A DNA stretch of 22,408 bases, from contig JAEOSH010000037.1 in assembly GCA_016840465.1 (NCBI GenBank), forward strand, positions 1 to 22,408, read 5' to 3'. Each line of letters starts with the position of its first letter. The stretch's first letter is position 1. Below, in pieces: positions 16,977 to 22,408 of this stretch. Under the pieces are notes generated by a model. The model did no database searches. It was not told the DNA's origin and worked only from the letters and a program-made list of their open reading frames with translations. This DNA comes from Candidatus Baldrarchaeum yapensis. GTDB taxonomy: Archaea; Asgardarchaeota; Baldrarchaeia; Baldrarchaeales; Baldrarchaeaceae. The position numbers and the translations under genes were made by a program.

Positions 16977-19448
16977 TTGGTGATATACGTGGCCGGTGTC
17001 GCCGATAAGGCGAGAGAAAGGATAAAAGTGTCTGGTATGCGGTGTGCCGGATGTGCTGCAAGAATCGAAGATGCATTAAGAGAAATGGAGGGTGTTATTG
17101 ACGCAAAAGTGAATTTTGCATCGTCCATTGCGGTGGTGGAGTACGATCCCAGTGCTGTGAGCGTAAAGGAGATAGATGATAGAATACGGAGCCTCGGATA
17201 TGATGTCGTACTGGAGAAGCTAGAGTTAATGGTGGGAGAACTCCACTGTGTCAGTTGCGCACTTGGTCTCGAGAGGTCGCTCTTGATGTTCAGAGGCATA
17301 AGAGAGGTTCGTGTGGATCCGGTTGGTGGGAGGGTCAGGGTCGTTTATAACCCGTTGGAGGTATCGCCCCGTGAGATAAAGCGCATCATTATGGATTTGG
17401 GTTATGAGGTGAGGGAGGGGGAGGTGCTTGGTGAGGAGAGACCGGAGGAGAAGGAATTATCGTTGTATAGGAAGTTGCTGTTTCTGAGTATTATGTTGAC
17501 GATTCCGGTGACGTTCTTTACATATTTTTGGGTGGATTTGCCGCTGTTGAGCAGAGAGTTTCTGCTATTTTTATTGGCGACGCCCGTCGAGGTAGTATGT
17601 GGTTTTCCGTTCTTTTACGGGATGGTGAGGGGCATTAGACACGGACAGCTTACGATGGACACCCTCGTGGCGGTTGGTACTGGAGCGGCGTATGTTTACA
17701 GTACTGCCAAAACGTTCATACCAGTACTTCCTGGGGAAGTTTTCTTCGATGCCGCCGTTCTTCTCATAACATTTATACTCATGGGTAGGTTTCTGGAAGC
17801 AAAGGCGAGGGGAAAAACCTCTGAGGCGATAAGGCGGCTCGCGGAACTCCAAGTTAAGACCGCAAGGGTTTTGAGAGATGGGCGTGAGGTTGAGGTTCCG
17901 ATAGAGGAGGTGAAGAGGGGAGATCTGGTTATTGTGAGACCGGGTGAGAGGGTCCCCCTCGACGGTGTGGTTGTGGAGGGGGAGTCCTGGGTTGACGAAT
18001 CGATGATTACGGGAGAGCCAATGCCAGTGGGCAAGAAGCCCGGTGATGAGGTTATTGGCGGGACCATAAACAGGTATGGGGTATTGAAGGTGAAGGTTAC
18101 GAGGGTGGGGGATGAAACTGTACTGGCGCAGATAATGAGGGTTGTTGAGGGGGCGATGACCACGAAGCCGCGTGTTCAGAAGATTGCGGACAGATTTGCG
18201 GCATACTTTGTGCAGATCATTATAGCGGTAGCGACCTTTGCGTCTCTTTTCTGGTTGTTTATTGTGGATCCCGCGCAATTTGGGTGGACCGGCGCTAGGA
18301 TATTATTCGCGCTCATGGTGGGAATCTCTACGCTGGTCATAGCGTGTCCCTGCGCACTTGGTCTTGCAACACCTACTGCGGTGATGGTCGGGCTCGGAAA
18401 GGGCGCCGAGAGCGGCATACTGATAAGGAAAGGAGAGGCGCTGGAGGTTGCCGGGAAACTGACGACTGTCGTATTTGACAAGACCGGGACGCTGACTATT
18501 GGGAGGCCGGAGGTTGTGGATTTTGTGCTTCTGGATGGAGTTGATATCTCTGAGGAAGAAGTGTTAAGAATTGCGGCGGTTGTGGAGAAGAATTCGAATC
18601 ATCCCATCGGCGACGCGATAGTCAGGTTTGCTGAGAGTAAGGGAGTGATGGCTGAGGGTGATGCTGAGGAGTTCGAGGTATTGCCCGGTCTCGGTGTAAT
18701 TGCGAAGTTGAGTGGCAACAGGGTAGTTATCGGAAATCGCAGAATTTTCGAGAAGGAGGAGATCAACCTAGATGGAGTGAAGGGGAAGTTGGAGAGTTTA
18801 GAAAAGAGGGCAAGAACAACAGTTGTGATGGCGGTTAACGGGAGACCTGTGGCGATTTTTGGAATTGCGGATAAGATAAAGGAGCCCGCTGTGGAAGCTA
18901 TTAATGCTTTAAGAAAAATGGGGATAAGAGTTGTCATGCTGACGGGGGATGATAGGAAAACAGCGGAAGCTATTGCGAAGGAGTTAGGAATAGAGGAGGT
19001 CATTGCGGAAGTTCTTCCTCAAGAGAAGTCCATGAAGATAAGGGAACTCCAGGAGAGGGGTGAAGTTGTAGCGATGGTTGGGGATGGGATAAATGATGCG
19101 CCGGCCCTCGTTCAGGCCGATTTGGGGATAGCGATAGGATCCGGTACCGATATTGCGATAGAGTCAGGCGATATAATCTTAATTAGGGACGATTTGAGGG
19201 ATGTCATCAACGCGATAGAGCTCAGCAGGGCAACCATGAGAAAGATAAAGCAGAACCTTGCATGGGCGGTGTGTTATAATCTTTTCTTCGTGCCATTTGC
19301 CGCGGGCCTGTTCTTCCCGATATTACACTTCCTCATAAGGCCGGAGTTTGCTGGTCTTGCAATGTCCATGAGTTCGGTGTCTGTAGTTTCGAACTCTCTG
19401 ACGCTCAGAAGGTGGAGGCCTCCGCTAAGTCCTAGCAATAGGAGTTGA
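16977..19448 (+). CDS. copA: Copper-translocating P1B-type ATPase
   Basis: Two HMA domains (CAGC, CVSC), TGEP, CPCALGLATP, DKTGT, HP, GDGIND, plus YN and MSMSSVSV in the last TMs (Cu+ P1B-1 pattern). The true start may be GTG 16989 (after a GGTGA RBS). TTTAAA lies at 16955-16960. Confidence 0.96.
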   Translation: MVIYVAGVADKARERIKVSGMRCAGCAARIEDALREMEGVIDAKVNFASSIAVVEYDPSAVSVKEIDDRIRSLGYDVVLEKLELMVGELHCVSCALGLERSLLMFRGIREVRVDPVGGRVRVVYNPLEVSPREIKRIIMDLGYEVREGEVLGEERPEEKELSLYRKLLFLSIMLTIPVTFFTYFWVDLPLLSREFLLFLLATPVEVVCGFPFFYGMVRGIRHGQLTMDTLVAVGTGAAYVYSTAKTFIPVLPGEVFFDAAVLLITFILMGRFLEAKARGKTSEAIRRLAELQVKTARVLRDGREVEVPIEEVKRGDLVIVRPGERVPLDGVVVEGESWVDESMITGEPMPVGKKPGDEVIGGTINRYGVLKVKVTRVGDETVLAQIMRVVEGAMTTKPRVQKIADRFAAYFVQIIIAVATFASLFWLFIVDPAQFGWTGARILFALMVGISTLVIACPCALGLATPTAVMVGLGKGAESGILIRKGEALEVAGKLTTVVFDKTGTLTIGRPEVVDFVLLDGVDISEEEVLRIAAVVEKNSNHPIGDAIVRFAESKGVMAEGDAEEFEVLPGLGVIAKLSGNRVVIGNRRIFEKEEINLDGVKGKLESLEKRARTTVVMAVNGRPVAIFGIADKIKEPAVEAINALRKMGIRVVMLTGDDRKTAEAIAKELGIEEVIAEVLPQEKSMKIRELQERGEVVAMVGDGINDAPALVQADLGIAIGSGTDIAIESGDIILIRDDLRDVINAIELSRATMRKIKQNLAWAVCYNLFFVPFAAGLFFPILHFLIRPEFAGLAMSMSSVSVVSNSLTLRRWRPPLSPSNRS

Positions 19449-19517
19449 GGATTATCGTTTGCTCACCAGATTTCTTTTTCTTCGTTATGAGCATCTAATG
19501 TGAGGAATTTTACGCGA

Positions 19518-20204
19518 CTACTTCTTTTCGGATTTTTCTTTCTCCTTCTTTTTCCTTTCACGCACTCTTTTGCTCACGAGGTAGCCTCGACGGTATGCAG
19601 CGGCTATTGCTATCAGGTAGCCGTTGGGGTCTGCATCCTCGACGAATAAGCGCTTACCTATCTCGTATGCTCTTTCGGCCTCCTCCTCAGTTACAAGGTC
19701 GGGATCCTTCGCGAAGAACTCCTTCAGGAACTTTAGTTCCTCCTTGGTAAGAGGATTCACAGCGCTTGCGTACGTATGGAATATTCCCTCAACTCTGCGG
19801 CTAAGGTACTCCATTTCGTCTCGTTCCAAAATTCCCTTTATCGAGAGAAAGTCGACGATCAGACGGTGAGCCTCAACAGATGCCGCACTTATTGCCTTCA
19901 CCTTCCTGTCCATATTTCTGCTCAGATCTTCGATTTTTCTTTCAAGCGTTCCAACTCTATCCTCAAGCTTTCTAACTCTCTCCTCGAGTTTGCTAACCCT
20001 TTCCTCAAGCTTGGTAACTCTTTCCTCCAGCCTAGATACTCTCTCCTCGAGAATCGTCAGCCTAAGTCTAATTTCGGTGAACTGGCGGCCTAACCAGTAG
20101 GCGAGGATCGAGGTTGAGGATACTATTGTTGCGATCACGCTCACCGCGAGAATTATGAGTTCGGCGTCCACTACTTTTCCCCACTCGTAAATGTGCATCC
20201 TCAT
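19518..20204 (-). CDS. Membrane-anchored coiled-coil repeat protein
   Basis: An N-terminal TM (LIILAVSVIATIVSSTSILAYWLG), then heptads LEERVS(R/K) and a helical C-terminal domain. The start codon is uncertain. Confidence 0.8.
   Translation of the reverse strand: MRMHIYEWGKVVDAELIILAVSVIATIVSSTSILAYWLGRQFTEIRLRLTILEERVSRLEERVTKLEERVSKLEERVRKLEDRVGTLERKIEDLSRNMDRKVKAISAASVEAHRLIVDFLSIKGILERDEMEYLSRRVEGIFHTYASAVNPLTKEELKFLKEFFAKDPDLVTEEEAERAYEIGKRLFVEDADPNGYLIAIAAAYRRGYLVSKRVRERKKKEKEKSEKK
19926..20051 (-). repeat. 21-nt (heptad) coding tandem repeat, 5-6 units
   Basis: LEERVSR / LEERVTK / LEERVSK / LEERVRK / LEDRVGT / LERKIED. Confidence 0.85.
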
Positions 20205-20446
20205 TACATAACCTTTTTCTTAATCGCTTCCACGCAACATTCTCGGCACCCTCAAAATTCTTCCTTAACTACTAGGCTTACGATTTATTACGCGATTTTG
20301 AAGATTTCTTCCCCTGTAGAGAAAGATTCCCTCGGCATCTCCCTAAGAAGAGGTAAATTCCGGCTTTAGATGCTCATCGAGCACGTGAATATATTTGAGT
20401 TTGCTCGACATATAATGGAAGTGAGTTGCCTCAGGAGAGTGCCTCC

Positions 20447-21727
20447 ATGAGTTTGAAATTTCCTGAGGGTTTCATGTGGGGTTGCGCGATTTCGGCGCAT
20501 CAGGTGGAGGGAAATAATACGAATAATGATTGGTGGTTATGGGAACAGCAGGGACACACCGCTGAGCCCTCAGGGAGGGCATGCGATCATTATAACCTTT
20601 ACGAGAAGGATTTCGACCTCGCAAAGGAATTGAAGATTCAGGTTTTACGTTTTTCAATAGAGTGGAGCAGGATAGAGCCAAAGGAGAATGCATGGAATGA
20701 GAAAGAGGTCGAACATTACAGGAAGGTTTTGAAGGCGTTGCATGAACGCGGAATAACCCCGATGGTGACGCTACATCACTTCACGAACCCCATATGGTTT
20801 GCGGAGAAGGGGGCGTGGCTCAATCCCGATAGTCCCCAGATATTTGAGAGGTACGTGAGGCATGTCGTGGAGAAGCTTGGAGACCTAATAGAGTACTATA
20901 ACACGATAAATGAGCCTATGGTCGTCGCCACCATGGGTTACTACCTTGGTGTATTTCCTCCTGGAGAGAAAGATCTTGCAAAGGCGCTGATCGTGGCGAG
21001 AAATCTGCTACTGGCGCATGCACGCGCGTATCATGCGATACACGAGGTTGCGCGAGAGTTCGGCTTTAAGAAGCCAAAGGTTGCTATTGTCAAGAACATA
21101 ATAATCTTCGAGCCCCTGAACCCCGAGGCCAGAGGAGACGTTAGCGAGGCCCAGATGAGGGATCTCTACTTCAACCGCGCGTTTCTGGACTCGATTGCAC
21201 GTGGAGAGATTGTACCGCCGTTCGGAAACAATGAGCCCGTTGACTACCTTAAGAGCACATGGGACTTCATAGGGTTAAATTACTATACGAGAATGTTGTG
21301 CTCTCCCTCGGTTCAGATTTCGGAGTCCGGACCGGTTCCTGAGGGCGCCGAGATTACCGACATGGGGTGGGAGGTCTACCCGGAGGGCATATACAGGGCA
21401 TTGATGATGTTGAAGAGGTACGGTAAGGGCGTCGTGATAACAGAGAACGGAATTGCAACGAGAGATGATGAGCAAAGGTGTAGGTTCATAGTGAGGCATC
21501 TTGCGCAGGTACACAGAGCGATAAAGGAAGGCGTGGATGTTCGGGGCTACCTCTACTGGTCGTTAATTGACAATTTTGAATGGAACCATGGATTCAGCAA
21601 GAGGTTTGGCCTGATAGAAGTAGATTACAACACCATGGAGAGAAAGCCAAGACCCAGCGCATACATGTTTAGAAGGATAATCGAGTACAACGGAGTGCCG
21701 GAGGACCTATTAAAGAAATACCTATGA
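20447..21727 (+). CDS. Glycoside hydrolase family 1 beta-glycosidase
   Basis: FPEGFMWGCAISAHQVEG, RFSIEWSRI, TLHHFT, acid/base TINEP, nucleophile ITENG, WSLIDNFEW. ATG 20447 is preferred. Confidence 0.97.
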   Translation: MSLKFPEGFMWGCAISAHQVEGNNTNNDWWLWEQQGHTAEPSGRACDHYNLYEKDFDLAKELKIQVLRFSIEWSRIEPKENAWNEKEVEHYRKVLKALHERGITPMVTLHHFTNPIWFAEKGAWLNPDSPQIFERYVRHVVEKLGDLIEYYNTINEPMVVATMGYYLGVFPPGEKDLAKALIVARNLLLAHARAYHAIHEVAREFGFKKPKVAIVKNIIIFEPLNPEARGDVSEAQMRDLYFNRAFLDSIARGEIVPPFGNNEPVDYLKSTWDFIGLNYYTRMLCSPSVQISESGPVPEGAEITDMGWEVYPEGIYRALMMLKRYGKGVVITENGIATRDDEQRCRFIVRHLAQVHRAIKEGVDVRGYLYWSLIDNFEWNHGFSKRFGLIEVDYNTMERKPRPSAYMFRRIIEYNGVPEDLLKKYL

Positions 21728-21737
21728 GCCCATCAGA

Positions 21738-22408
21738 TTACTTTGTACTTCCGTAAATTACAATTATCCCGTGTTCCTTTACAATACTCATTATTTTATC
21801 GAAAACTTTTCTAGAAATCACGTTGGCAACGAAGACCTTTGCCGCCGGCTCTCTGTCGTATATTCTTCTGGCAATATCAATTTTTTCAATAAGTTTCCTG
21901 ATCTCTTCGTCGGTTTCGGCAAACGCGGTTACCTCTCCCACTATCAGGGGGTCCTCGCAGAAGACGTTTACCTCTATCTCCTTACCCTCGTATTTTATCT
22001 TACGTGTCTCGAGTTTCTTATCCTTGGGCAGTACACCTGCTTCCACTAAATATCCTTATAAGAAGTTGCGAACGAACTCCTCAAATGTAAGTCCGGCGAA
22101 TACTCTTATTCCCTCAAGAGCGCTGAAGAGCCCGCGTACATCACGTTGCAATCTCTCAAAAGCCTGCTCCAGCCTAGTAACTCTTTTGTCCAGCCTGTTA
22201 ATATCTCGGCGGAGTGCAGTTATTTCCCTATTAAAGTCCTCCCTCAGTTTATTCATGTCCTTCCGTAGAGAAATAATTTCTTTGTTGAAATCCTCACGCA
22301 TTTTATTCATATCATTGCGAAGTGAGGCTATTTCTCTGTTAAAGTCCTCACGCATGTTCTTCATCTCCCTACGGAGTTCTGAAATTTCTTTATTGAAGTC
22401 CTCTCGCA
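21738..22408 (-). pseudogene. Coiled-coil + PD-(D/E)xK-like domain protein, split by an in-frame TAA and 5'-truncated by the window edge
   Basis: The two ORFs share a frame and read ...FEEFVRNFL*GYLVEAG...EVNVFCEDPLIVGEVT, with the stop at 22056-22058. Confidence 0.75.
22194..22408 (-). repeat. 54-nt (18-aa) coding tandem repeat, at least 4 units
   Basis: (M)REDFNKEISELRREMKN / MREDFNREIASLRNDMNK / MREDFNKEIISLRKDMNK / LREDFNREITALRRDINR. Confidence 0.9.

Noticed and set aside
21950-21975. Inactivated nuclease (EVNVF, Asn in place of a catalytic Asp)
   Set aside because: Asn may be the normal residue in this family; it cannot be judged without an alignment.
380-22049. Numerous 60-235 aa ORFs antisense to or nested within the called genes
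   Set aside because: They are shadow ORFs of strongly coding genes, with Ser/Thr/Pro-rich composition and no motifs.
11292-22058. Stop-codon recoding (pyrrolysine or alternative code) to explain the in-frame stops
   Set aside because: The two stops differ (TAG and TAA), TAG and TAA both end normal genes here, and the amber-containing gene has other lesions.
19926-22408. CRISPR array
   Set aside because: The 21-nt and 54-nt repeats are contiguous, in frame, degenerate at third codon positions and have no spacers.

Overview
Archaeal, probably thermophilic, chromosomal fragment. The evidence is TTTAAA-type TATA promoters, GGTGA/GAGGTG RBSs and archaeal protein families. It starts with an untrimmed Tn5/Nextera mosaic end and stops inside a tandem repeat. 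Intact genes: a tandem MacB/FtsX-type ABC permease with its ATPase, a Wzx-like flippase, carbamate kinase, SufS cysteine desulfurase, a metal-homeostasis block (DtxR-family regulator, uncharacterised membrane protein, feoB, two feoA, Cu P1B-ATPase), a GH1 beta-glycosidase and several hypothetical proteins. Accessory genes are decayed: an HTH-LAGLIDADG-like gene, an archaeal ATPase/DUF234-type gene and a coiled-coil PD-(D/E)xK-like gene. Main observations: (i) a clean 38-codon micro-inversion that flips the Walker A region of the ATPase gene onto the opposite strand; (ii) an unannotated promoter-driven C/D-box-like structured RNA locus at about 5270-5412; (iii) a Feo operon with a Cys-cluster FeoA, a translationally coupled membrane protein and two palindromic operator candidates. 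All family assignments come from motif recognition only; no database searches were run.
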